The notes under the pieces were generated by a model that was not told the origin of the DNA, searched no databases, and saw only the letters and a program-made list of their open reading frames with translations. A program made the translations under genes and the position numbers. A stretch of DNA of 64,000 bases from Geosiphon pyriformis uo1 (Eukaryota > Fungi > Glomeromycota). This document shows, one piece after another, positions 12,793 through 25,085 of this stretch. Numbering within the stretch: the first letter of the stretch is position 1; the number at the start of each line of letters is the position of its first letter. Location of the stretch: the NCBI GenBank assembly GCA_016748015.1, contig JAAOMT010000468.1, positions 372,001 through 436,000 of the forward strand. The letters are read 5' to 3'.

Positions 12793-14299
12793 TGTAGTCC
12801 TAACTGGTCTGAGTGGCTGGTCATATGTAGAAAGCACATGATTCACACCTAGTTTAGATCATTTGTATGATATATAACACTAGATTGCGTTTGGACCTCA
12901 CTCATTAAATAAAATAAAATAAAAATAAAATAAAAATAAAAACAATAATTTTAGATAAAACTAATTTAATAAGCTTAAAAAAATCCAAATATTTCTTGTA
13001 TTATTTCTTAAAAACTAATTTTTTGGCAAAAATTTATGTATATTATATTATATTTTTTAATATTAAAAAATTAATAGTTAATAATTATATATGATTATTT
13101 ATTTACTAATATGTTTATTAATAATTTATTTTTTTTATTATATTCAATATATACAGAAAAAAATAATCTAATATTTTTTTTGTATTAAATACAAATTAAT
13201 TTTTATTATAATATTTTTTTCTTATTATTAACACTTTTTTATAAAAAATTAATAAAATATATATAAAATAATAATTATATAATATATAGATTCTGATTTT
13301 ATTAAAATATTAAATTTGTATTATAAAATACTAATTAATATATTTTATTATATATAATTAATAAATTTATAAATAAATATGCTTTTAAAATAAAAAATTA
13401 TTTTTATAAAAAAACATTACTATAAATTAAAAATAATAACTTTTTATATAAGAAATTACAATATATATTATGAACATTAGCAATAAAAATTATATAAAAA
13501 AAGTATATTATTAAACTTAATTTAAAAATATTAATTAGTAATAAAAAAATAAAAAATTAACAATTAACTTAATTATAATAAAATTATATAATCTAATTAA
13601 AAAATACAAAAAAATATTAATAAACTAAAAAATATTAATAAAATTTAATTGTTATTATGTTTTAATATTCTTATTAATATAATTTAATATTTTAAATTTA
13701 TAATTGTATTAAATAAATTTTTTAATATATATAATATTATTTAAAACATTATAAAAACTTATATTTAAATATTATTTAAGATTTACACTTTATTTAAAAT
13801 TATTTTCATTAAAATTTCTCTAATAACTATAAAAAAACATTTTTTATAATTAGTTTATATATAATTATATAGTAAAAAAATTAGCTATTTAAATATTTAT
13901 ATTAAAAATAACATAATAAAAAAATATATTTTGCCAAAAATCTTATTAGTATTGACAAATTTTATAACAAAAACCATTTTTTTTTAATTTAAACCTAATT
14001 AAATAGCTTTAAATTATATAAAAACAGATAATATATAGTCTTACTTAAAAAATTACTAAATAAATTAGTCTTAAATTTAATTTATTTCTAATTAAACAAT
14101 TTTACTTATTATATATACTTTTATTGATAAAGCTAAACTAAATTTTATAATTAATAATAAGCTACAAAACAATTAAAATTAAATATAAAAACTATTTATT
14201 AAAAATAATTTTTTACAAAATTATAAATAAAAAAAATCTTATATTAAATTCGTTTTTTTTTTAAATTAAGACCAAAAAAATCTTTAATTCACAAAAAAA

Positions 14300-15778
14300 T
14301 TTCCAAAATTTATCAGTTTTTGTTTATAAATATTAAAATTTTTTTAAATTTTTTATTATATATAAAATTTTTGTAAAGTATTTGCTAATTTAATATTTTA
14401 TATTAAAATTATTATTTTTTTAATATTATAAATTTTTAATTATTATTAATAAATATAAAATTATTAAAATTAAAGTTGTAAAATTTAATGATTAAAATTT
14501 AGACTATTATATTAACTTTAAAATATGTTTTTTTAGTTATATAATAATAATTAATACAAATAGTCAAGCTGTTTTAAATGTTTGTAATATAAAAATAAGC
14601 TTGATATTATTTATTTTTATAATTAGTGCTAAATTAAATAATATTATATTAAAAATATTATTTATAAAAAAAAGTTAAAAGTTATTTAATTAAAGTTTAA
14701 AAATTATTCAAGTTTTTTTAAAAATAATTGTGTTAATAATTTGGCAATTATAATAGTTTTATTTGGTTTTATATTATTAATTAAAATAAATAAACAATTT
14801 ATTATAACAGATAATAAGGCAGTATTTAATAATATATAATATATAATACATAATATGTTTAAAACTATTAGTTATGCTTATTAAAAAAATAGTTTTGGTG
14901 TTTAGATAATAAAAAAATGTTTGTTTGATAAAATGAATTGAGTTTGTTTTTTGCTAATATAGTATTTTAATTTATATATAACTGTTGGTTTTATAAATAA
15001 AATTATAATAAACTTATGCATTTATATTATAAAAACTATATTCAAAAAACTTTTAATAGCTATTTATAAATAATTGTATTTTAAATTTTATTTTAGTATT
15101 TTGTGTATACTTTATAAAAAGATTAAATTTTTTAATTATATGTTTTTATATATTATAAACTTTAATACTTTTAAAATTTGCTTAAATTACAAATTATTAT
15201 ATATAAATTATTATTAAATAGAATTAATATGTTTTTTTCTGTAATTTTAAGCTTTTTTTATGTTAGTATTATTAATAATATATTGTATATTACATTGTAT
15301 AAGAGCTTAGTTTTTAAAAAATAGTTGTAAAAAACTAAATTTTTCTTTGGTAATATTAAATTAACTATTTTTAAAATAGATAAATTCATAAAAAAATTGG
15401 TTGTTTATTATTATATTAATATTTAATTAATAAAAAATAGGTATAAACATTATTAAAAAATAATAATTTATTAATAAATAATAGTTTTGTCTATTTTAAA
15501 ATAAAAAAAAGTTTGTATTATTAAATAAAATTATATATATATTTAATATTAATAAGATATTAAGTATTCTTTTTAATATATATGTTTTATATTTATTTTT
15601 TATTATTATTATTATTATTAATGTTTTTGTTTTTATAGTTTTATAGTATTGTTTTAATTAATCTAAATAATTAATCATATGTAAAAATATGTAAATTGTA
15701 TTTAATTTAAAATAAATGTTATTATATTAAATTAGATAGTAATTAAATCTTATTTATTAAATATTATTAATAAAAAAA
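14300..15778 (+). mobile_element. Hyper-eroded ('ghost') LINE 3' portion: RNase H region to 3' UTR and A tail
   Basis: About 14487-14585 translates as MIKI*TIILTLKYVF...IIIINTNSQAVLNVC, matching MAELQAIALALECVP...VVVHTDSQAALDAC mostly via transitions. 15644-15778 aligns to the 3' UTR of copy D. 5' boundary approximate. Confidence 0.75.
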
Positions 15779-16497
15779 TTTGGTTAATTTAATAAAATCT
15801 GTAATTAAAAAAATTAAAAAATTTGAATTATTTTTTTATAAATTTTAAAATAAATTTTATTATAAACATTAAAACTTGTTTTATTTTTTAAGTATATTTT
15901 AAATTTAATTACTAATTGTTTAAAAGTTTTACTTAATTTAAAAATATATATAAAATTTATATTTTAAATATTTATAAGTTATTTTTTGTAATATAATTTA
16001 ATAAATTATATTAAATATAGAATATATAAAATAATAAAGTAAAATTTACAAAAATTTTCAAAAAATTAAATATAAAAGCATATTTATAATAAACATATAT
16101 TAAAAAATATTTAAATAAAACAAAAATATTAATTTTTTTGGTTTATTAAATAAGTAATATTTATTAATGTAAGTGTAAATATTAATTATATATAGAAATA
16201 CATAATTTACATTTATAATAAAATTTTTAATTAAAATAAATAATTGTAAAATTATACTTTATTAAAACTTATTTATATAAAAATATATTTTTATTTTTAT
16301 TTTAATTAATTTAAATGTAAATTTTATATTGTTTTTTGCTTTACAATAGTTAAAATATATTGTTTGATTAATTTTATAAAATTTTATAAAATTTCTTTTT
16401 TATGATTTAATCTATTTAATTATTAATTTATAAAGTTTTAATCAATTTTGAGCTTTAAAAAAACCATAAAAATAATTATTTTTCTTATTAATTATAT

Positions 16498-16550
16498 AAA
16501 CAACAATAACAATAACAATAACAATAACAACAATTATTATTATTATTATT
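16498..16550. repeat. Microsatellite (AACAAT)n followed by (ATT)n
   Basis: caacaataacaataacaataacaataacaacaattattattattattatt read directly. Confidence 0.8.
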
Positions 16551-16834
16551 TAAGTTATTAATTAACGGATTTTTGAAAAAAAATCAATAATAAAAATTTT
16601 TTATATACAATTATTCTTAATTTTATTTGGTTTAATATGTTAAAAAAGTTAAAGCTTTTAAAAAATGGTTTGACTTCCATATGTATCACAAATGAAATTA
16701 ATCATTTATGATTTCACGTGAAACAGTTTAAGAACTTTATTGGGAAAGATGAGAGATTATATATACCACGGCCTCGAATAGAAACTATCTAAAGTTCAGT
16801 TTACTACCATTCATTTCCCCATTCATTAAAAAAA

Positions 16835-17623
16835 ATGACCAATACTAAGGCTACGAAACCTACTACCTCCGAAGAATCACAAGCTCATCTTACATCCTCA
16901 GGGTTATATGATTCGAATAATACATACGCCACTTCTGCATCGACTTCACGTTTTTCAAGTTTCACACCCATACAACACGAAGAGTCCAATGCACAACTTA
17001 CTTCTAGTACTGATTTTTTTACTCCAGCTTCGTCAAATAGAAGTTCAATCACAAATTTTGAAACAATGGAAAGTAATAATAACCATGTGACCACTTCCTC
17101 AAAGTCAACGCAAACTTCAACCAAAGACACAACTTCCTCTACACGAACTAATACTTCAACCAGTGATTCTCCACCTCCCTATGTAAATCAAGGCTTAGAG
17201 CATTGGAACCGGCAACGTGCTCTTTGGACCGGTGGAAATTATTCTGTTCCCGCCACTTCTGAGAACCAAAATAACCCTGCTTTGGTTAATATCACTCCAA
17301 ATAACTATCTTTCTATATACAACTCATTAATTTATGAACGCAAAAGGTTGGCTAAACCAGTGCCTTTACCTTATGTGGTAAGTAAAGTTGGTTCTCTAAA
17401 TTTTCCTACTGCTTTGATCTTGTGATTTTTAAGCGTTACAATCTCTCACAATTCTACGGCTGCTTTATCATAATTGATAATCCTTAAGATTAAAATTTTG
17501 CTAAGTGGTTGGAAACGCGATGGTATTTGGCCGACTACAACTGATAATGGATCACAAGTTATAGTGCCTTCTTCTAATGACGAGGGACGACTATCTTCCA
17601 AAATGATAAATAAAATGGATTAA
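16835..17623 (+). CDS. DUF4050 / Gag1-like clamp domain protein with Ser/Thr-rich N-terminus; 2 exons (16835-17377, 17489-17623)
   Basis: GLEHWNRQRALWTG...IYNSLIYERKRLAKPVPLPYV|IKILLSGWKRDGIWP matches the DUF4050 pattern. GT-AG intron 17378-17488. Confidence 0.82.
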
Positions 17624-17996
17624 TATGTCTATGGAATGAGAACAAGGAAATGGTCAAGAGATTGTTAAATCTTTTAGCTTTCTGTCCCACCACAAGGTAA
17701 TTTTGTCGGGATTGTAAGCTTCAAAGAGACTATCAATGCTAAAAGTTTATGAGGGTTACATTCTTTTATCGAGAAGTCGAGGCTGGTGAGTATTCTTTGC
17801 TCTTGTTGCACAAAAATGGACAAGCTAGCTACGAACAATGTTTTGGTGTCTATGTTTTCTTATAAAACTCCTAAAAGTTATTTTCCTAGCATACAGACAC
17901 CTAATCACGGACATTCATCAAGAAAATTTCTATCGAGCATTCGGTGGATTATTATATTATCTGTTTTGAGGAGATAAATTTTCAAATTTCAGTTAT

Positions 17997-19799
17997 CTAC
18001 ATTATAGTGCAGCGACGTGGTTTCTTGGCGTCATTTGTTTTCTCTCCTTTTTCAATTTCACGTAATTGTGATATTGCTTTTTCCCCAATGGCACCGCCTC
18101 TCTGTATAGCTTGGACATAGTATTCTTTTGCAAGATTTAAATCTTGTTTTACGCCGTGTCCCTCATGATACATTCGACCCAAGTTTGCCTATAGTATTAA
18201 CTTTGAAATCATATTTCAATTCCAGTCATAAAAACTGTTCATTCATATTTGTTCCTTGCCTGGGCCAATTGAAATCCTTGGAACGCTGCCATCTTCCAAT
18301 ATTCGGCAGCTCGGCTGATGTTTTTTTCTACGCCTTTCCCTTTTACATACCGTTCTCCCACATTATATTGTGCTTCTGGTAAACCTATAAATCATTTGGG
18401 GCGAAGTATGTAAGATGAAAAAAGTTCTAAATAATTCATAAAAAAGTGTAACCTTTTTGAGCTGCAGCTTCAAAATGTTTGAAAGCGAGTTCTTGGTCTG
18501 GCTTGTTGTCTAATGTAGGATATACAGTACTGGCATACACTCCTAGCATGAAGATAGACTCCCGATTACCTATAAATCATTTTATAGTTAGAGTGAAATA
18601 TTAGTCAAAATTGAAAGCAATTCTGAAAAAATACCTCCAGCAGCTCCTTTTTCAAAACACTCTAAAGCTTTCTTGTGATTTTGCTGGATACCAGTTCCCA
18701 TCCTGTACATTTTACCTGTCATCAGCATCAACCGTATCAAACGTTAAGATCATAAAATTGAAATACAAGAGAACTTGATGTATACCGAGTTCGGTCCAAG
18801 CTGCAGCTTGACCGCCTTGAGCTGCTAATTCATAAAGCTGTCTTGCGGATTCGTAGTCTCGTTTTGAATTAATTAATATGGACGCCAAATTAATTTGCGC
18901 GTAAGGATGCCCTTTCCGAGCTAGATTTGTAAGGATGGATTCGCCTTCATCCGTGTTCTTTGGTATCCCTTTAAAACCTTGAATCAACATGTTCGCATAG
19001 TTAAACCCAGCGTTATCATCACCATTTTCCATAGCGATTTTGTATAGCGCCAAAGATACCAGAGCACCACCTTAAGCAAATAAGATGAAAAATAAATGGT
19101 TCAAAGATCATAGAATCTCAGAACTGGATTCACTACCTTTGCTTGTCTTCAGGACTAAATCACCGAGAGATTTGATCTCTTGCAAATTGGAGCCTGCCAC
19201 TGTATGATGGGTAAGAGCCCGAATGAATAGAAGAGAAAAAGATGTTTAAAAAAGAAAAAATCAAACCAATATACAAGAAAACCCAAATTGACTCACATTC
19301 GAACACACGTTCTTCACTGTTTTTTCTTGTTTCAGGATCTTGGCTCATTACAATTTTGTCAAAAGTCAATTTAATTATTTCCTTTTGTGTCTCCAAGGGA
19401 ACCTTCATAAATTTTTGCTTAAATGCCGCTTGAAACTGTTCTTCTGATGGCAATATATCTGATAAAATTTTCCATAGTTAGGTTTCAAATTTGATGAACA
19501 AGTTCACAGTTTTCAGTTGTAACTACCTTCGTATGATAATTGTGGAACGTTATTGAAGCTTGGCTCAACAACATTATGTACTTTTCTTACTAACAGAAAA
19601 GAATTTATTTCCTTGAGTCTTTCACTAGTGGTAATTCACTCTTTTGGCGCACCCCTCATGAGACTCTACCAACATTCTGGATATAAAATCTGCGGTGCAT
19701 GACCTCCAAAGAACTTAGTTTCATATGTGGTGGGGTGTATTTTGTGAGCTGGCTAATTCGGAGCCGAACAACACCTGGGAAGACTGAATGGGGACGCAT
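17997..19799 (-). CDS. Multi-exon Sel1-like repeat protein, probably mitochondrial (Arg-rich N-terminus)
   Basis: Exon fragments with Sel1 repeats (AGFNYANMLIQG, AQINLASIL, LGRMYHEGHGVKQDLNLAKEYYVQA); GT-AG introns. Start codon uncertain (MRPHSVF at 19799 or a downstream Met). Confidence 0.78.
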
Positions 19800-20070
19800 A
19801 TCAGATACAATACAATACGAAGAGCGAAAAATAATTCCCAATTAAACTATATCTGATGCTATTGTTGTAATCAATTTATGCAAGATCATGCTTTCCCCAC
19901 ATTTTTCATTTTCCTACATCGGGAGGGCATAGATATTTCCGTAACCTTGTGAATAGTGAATGCTAGTATAAAATGCCTAAGATCATTTTTTTGAAAATGT
20001 TACTGTGTATTTCTGCCATTTTGTCCGCACAACACTCAAAACACAAAGAAACAGTCAAAGTTCCTTTATC

Positions 20071-21749
20071 ATGAACATCTCTTTGATTAGCCGAATTTCA
20101 ATGGCAAGGTCTTTGCCAACCAGGGGAATTTATCCTTGTTTTTCGCTTCAAACTTGCGACCCAAAGTTATATCTAAGACGAAGTGGCAATTCTCACTTCA
20201 CACGTTCCTTGAATTCCACTCCAATAACCTTTTCTGCTAATTCAAAAGACAATGAACGTACCAGTTCCAGTGGCTTTTTCAACACCTCACCACTGGGTTC
20301 TCGAGAACAAACTGGTGATACTAATAATAATAAACCCAAATCAAAGGCTAGCTCAATAGTTCGGAGCATTCTTCATGGTTCTGTCTTGACCAAAGAAGAA
20401 GAGAGACAAACTCACTCAAAACTCGTTGCTCGTGGAAAATACGTTCACGAATTCCAAAGTAAGGTTAATTTTTCAAATTTCAGTGGCTCTATCCTTTGAG
20501 GAATTTTCTGGATTTCAGACGAAATTGAAGGGATAACCTTTCTCCGCAGTAATAACTGAAACTTTATCGTTCTTATCTATAATTTGCATTTCAGAACACA
20601 AAGTAAAACCGGATTGTGTTAATGATTATATTCAGTTAATGTGAGCAATCAATTGCAAGTTTTTAAACTTTTCAATTTGTCATCCTTTATTTTAATATTT
20701 TATTTATAAAAGCTCTCGGCATTTTCCCCGAATAGCCAACGATCCTGCGAATTCCGTACATCTTTCAGGAAGTTGGCAGACTCAAATTGGGGAACTGGAT
20801 ACTTTTAGTAAGGAATTCATTTTTTGAGACAAATTTCATGCTAAGCCAGCACTTTAATCATAGAATGTATTTTTCAAAGTTCATATCTGGGAATATTATG
20901 GCTACAAGGGTCTTCAAGAAACCCAAAAGCAACTTGAAAATGATGTGGTGAGACCAATTTCTAAAATGATTCTCTAAACTTTAATACCCCAATTTTCAGT
21001 TAATTTCTCTGTGTCTCATTATTCCTTTAAGAATTATCGAGAATTTACAAAGCAAATAACTTCAATGCTGGAAAGTCGTATGAATCAAATTTGCCTCGAA
21101 TTTGCATTCTGGGCTACTAGCCCTCCTGTAGTGCATAATGGGATATATGAATTAAGGACCTATGAATTAAAGGTAACAGAATTCGAACTAAGGCTTCAGG
21201 GAATGGATAGGTTAAAAAAAAGAAATTTGATCGACACTCCTCAATCAAAATTTGTAGCCAGGCCGTTTATTAGAATGGGAGACAAACTGGTAAAAGAATT
21301 CTTTATAAATTGAACTATTCATTTACTATATGAGCTCTCAGATTTGATCACCTTCGAATTGTATAGGATCAAAGGTTTGGAATGCCGCCGACAATTTTGT
21401 GAACCAGTTGGTGCTTGGTTTTCTCAACTCGGCGCCTTAAATGTTGTTCATCACATGTGGAATTATCCGTGAGTTTTTCTTTCCCTTGATATATGGTGGT
21501 TATATTTTCAACGAGCAATCATTTTACTTTGTTTTTCAGTGATCTCGAGACGCGTAAGACCACTCGTGAACAAGCTTGGGAGGTAGATGGATGGGCTGAA
21601 ACTGTCTATAAAACAGGTAATTCTTTAATCTATTCTTATGAAAATTTACCTTTTACCTAACGTAAATATTTTCAATCTTCAAAGTACGCCTGGTTGATAG
21701 GATGGAAACGGCTATATTAATCCCTTTACCCTTTAGCCCACTTCGATAG
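20071..21749 (+). CDS. NIPSNAP: NIPSNAP family protein, multi-exon, mitochondrial-type presequence
   Basis: HSKLVARGKYVHEFQ, IYELRTYELK, VGAWFSQLGALNVVHHMWNY, C-terminal ILIPLPFSPLR*. Confidence 0.9.
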
Positions 21750-23278
21750 AATCCCAGATTTATCTGAGCTAACGAGTCAAGTTTTCAGTTATTGTTGATT
21801 TGGTTTTTTACTAGGCTGAGATGAGATCTTAAATTCCGCGAATCATTATATTTCTATCTTTTTGGGCCTAGCAAATAATTATCTGAATTCTGTGTATAAT
21901 ATAATTTATTTGTTGATTGATAAATGGCATATCAAAAATACTGTACTGTTCATATAATTGTTGATCCAAAAATGCTACTATAAAATAATAATGTAAATTA
22001 TCTTTCTTTCTTCCAAATGAACTAACCAATATCAATTCTTTTAGAATGGCTGAGGTAAATTTAAATAAATACTAAGAAACTCTATTTAAATGCTGTGATT
22101 CAGCTACTATTTACCCGAGCTAGTCAAGACTAACTAAAATGCCACATTATAAACTTTTATCTCAAGCAAACCCACCCCAGAGTTTGCATTATAAATGCAA
22201 CACCAGAGATTACCTTTGCCATTTTTTTTTTGCCCATGACCAAGCCTAACTTCACACATCCTGACCGCTTTATCGAAATTTCTGTTCAATCGAGGAGGCA
22301 AAAATAATCCTTTTTGGGACTCAACTCTGAATCGCACGAGAAATCCAAACTCAAACTCTTCTATAACAATAGACATAATTTAAATATCAAAACAGAAGTT
22401 TAAAATTATGGTAAAAATAATTGACCAAACAATAATTTTGAAGTCAAAAGTAATAGAATAAGAATTATTACTACTTTAAAAATTTTGAAGTAAAAGATAA
22501 AAAAGTTATCATTAAAAATATTAAAATTTCAGTATTATAACTTAATAAATTATTGAAATTTATTTTTCAATAATATTAAAATTTAAAAGACATTAGAATT
22601 TAATAATTTTAACAAAAATCAATTGAACATAATTTATAATTCAAATAATTGTTATTATTCAAAGTCATAAAAATTATATTCAAATAAATTAATTATTTGT
22701 AAATTAATTATAACATATACTGTTAATATTAAATTGTATAATAATTAGCAATTCCAATTTTGAAAAATATTTGTTATTAATGCAAAATTCAGAATTTTTT
22801 ATAATTATTTTTATTAAATTTTCAAAAAACTTAACATATAAAATAATTAAGAAAATAAAAATCATAATAAAAAAATTAGATTAAATTAAATTAAGAATTG
22901 AAAACTTTTTAATTGAATAATTTAAAACCCAATAATTTTATTACAAAATATAAATAGCAATTAAAATTTAAAAAAATTACCAATATTTATACCACAAAAA
23001 AACTTGAACTGAATATATTATTTTAATATAATAATTTTAATTTGTGTTAATTAAAAAATATTTGTTTCAATTATATTTATTTTAATATTAAAAATTTGCA
23101 AATTTAATTTTTAAATAATTTTAGAGCTGTTACTATCAACCAGAATTTATATTTTAAAAATCATGCAATAAATAAAAATTTCAGTCGTAGGATAAACAGA
23201 GGAATTTCCAGTTTTAGCGCAAGAAGTGCCTAAAACAAACTCTTCTGGCAAAGATCCAAACTCATAGAAATTTTAATA

Positions 23279-24808
23279 ATGTCACAAGCAGTAAAGAACA
23301 CTCAGCTGAGAGCAGGTCGTCTGAAATGCGCTGTACAAAGTTATGATTGGGGTAAACCAGGCTTAAGAAGTAAAGTTGCCCAATATGCCGTTACAACTCC
23401 TGGCGGGTTTGATATTTATGACGAAAAACCATACGCGGAGGTTCATCATATTTAATGCTTGATATTGATTTATTTCGTTTTAAATCTTTAATGAATAAAT
23501 CAAACTTTTGGTGGGTTACATAAACATTTAGCTTTGGATGGGAACACATCCAAATGGCCCAAGTTTGCTGGCCGACCAACCAAATACTTCATTAAAAGAT
23601 TTGATCTCTCAAAATCCTGATCTTTATCTTTCTTCAAAATTGGCCACTCTCTATGATAATGATTTGCCTTTCTTGTTCAAAGTGTTATCTGTTGAAAAGG
23701 CGTTATCAATTCAAGCACATCCTGATAAAAAGTTAGGAAGGCAACTATATGAAAAGTTTCCTAATCTTTACAAAGGTAAAAAATGTGTACTCTCTTTTGT
23801 GCACAACGAATGCTCAAATATTTTATTAATAATTATAGACCCAAACCATAAACCCGAGATGGCGATAGCTATTACAAAATTTGAGGCGTTATGTGGATTC
23901 CGTCCTTTAGAAGAAATCAAATCCTCCCTCCTTACCTACCCTCAGTTTAAAATGATTGTAGGAGAGAAAATTGCCCAACGATTTATCGAAACTGTGACAA
24001 ATAGCTCCGATGTTGATCAGAATAAGGTGGTACTTCGAGAAGTTTTTGAGTCTGTTATGAAACGAGAACCAGAAATTGTTTCGAAAAAAGCAAATGAATT
24101 AGCAGATAGATTACGTGAACAAGCACAAGTTAATCATCGAGATTCTGGGTTGGAATTGGGAAGTATTCCGGAACTGGTAATCAGATTGAATCAACAATTT
24201 CCTGGAGATGTAGGAATTTTTTGTGTCTTTCTATTGAATTATGTTCTATTGGAGCCGGGCCAAGCGATTTTTTTGGGTGCTAATGAGCCACACGCATATC
24301 TTTCTGGAGGTATTTCCCTATAATTTTAATTTAACATCATTCATTTCGAAAAAGATTTTAACTTTTTTCTTCACTAGACTGTGTTGAATGTATGGCAGCC
24401 AGTGATAATGTAGTTCGGGCTGGTCTCACCCCGAAATTCAAAGATGTCAACGTTCTAGTTGACATGCTAACATATCGTTATGGTAGTGCCTCCTCACAAA
24501 TTCTTAAACCTGAGCCTTATGATCCTATCACGTCAAAACACTCTCTTCTCTATAATCCACCCATTGAGGAATTCTCGGTGATCTTAACACAATTATCACG
24601 AGGTAGTCGGGAGATATTTGTTCCCATTAATGGACCCAGTATTTTGATTGTGACTGAAGGAAAAGGGAGTATTAAAGTTGCTGATTCTATTCAAGGAGAA
24701 ACAATAGAGAAGGGGAGTGTTTATTTCGTTGGGGCCGACTCAGATGTGATATTAAGTGCTTCTGAAGAATCAGAAAGCTTTGTGTCTTACCGAGCTTTTT
24801 GTAGATAA
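23279..24808 (+). CDS. PMI40: Mannose-6-phosphate isomerase (type I PMI), 4 exons
   Basis: QSYDWGK, LWMGTHPNGPS, LPFLFKVLSVEKALSIQAHPDK, NHKPEMAIA, ANEPHAYLSG, ECMAASDNVVRAGLTPK. Confidence 0.96.
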
Positions 24809-24944
24809 AAAAAATTTTAGTCGAATAAATATATTAGAAAAGGGATTTTTCTTTAACACTACTTGATAAATAAAAATCTATCCTGTTATCAGATAATGAC
24901 ACGTTTTTTCTCTTTTTGTTTCGCATAAAAGATCAACTGAAAAA

Positions 24945-24984
24945 ACGCGTTCTCCATTGTTCCGAAACATATACAAGCACGCGT
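24945..24984. promoter_or_regulatory. Two MCB (MluI, ACGCGT) boxes in the CDC45 promoter
   Basis: ACGCGT at 24945-24950 and 24979-24984, about 100-140 bp upstream of the ATG at 25086. Paired MCBs are typical of fungal G1/S replication genes. Confidence 0.7.
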
Positions 24985-25085
24985 GACGTTATCGTTCACA
25001 AATTTGACTTTTTATATTCGACTTCGACCAGACTGTCATTAATACCTACCGCTTGTAAATAGTTTCTAAGTCAAAAACCTACAAA

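Larger units (their letters stand above)
6033..12942 (+). mobile_element. Full-length LINE copy B (ORF1 type Y + ORF2 type alpha), with 3' UTR and A-rich tail
   Basis: ORF1 6149-8107; ORF2 8104-12792 with APE, RT (AFVDD), RNase H (VYTDG, ELQAIALAL, FSDSQAALD, WVKVKGH, GNEHAD) and C-terminal CLFC..C finger. 3' UTR 12793-12910, then (A)nT tail. Confidence 0.96.

Noticed and set aside
492-12839. Many antisense and alternate-frame ORFs over the LINEs (e.g. 492-1022 +, 9576-10070 -, 12372-12839 -)
   Set aside because: Shadow ORFs of LINE coding sequence; boundaries are not conserved among copies and no motifs are present.
12805-12845. Hammerhead ribozyme in the LINE 3' UTR (CTGAG...GAAA)
   Set aside because: The CUGANGA core is absent (CTGAGTGG), GAAA lies in a hairpin loop, and the required three-stem geometry is not met.
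12950-16600. AT-rich block as centromere, organellar insert or endobacterial (Mollicutes-related) DNA
   Set aside because: No ORFs or RNA genes seen; at least part is explained as an eroded LINE.
16712-16723. TTTCACGTGAAA palindrome (E-box/Cbf1-like) upstream of the DUF4050 gene
   Set aside because: Single short motif with no independent support.
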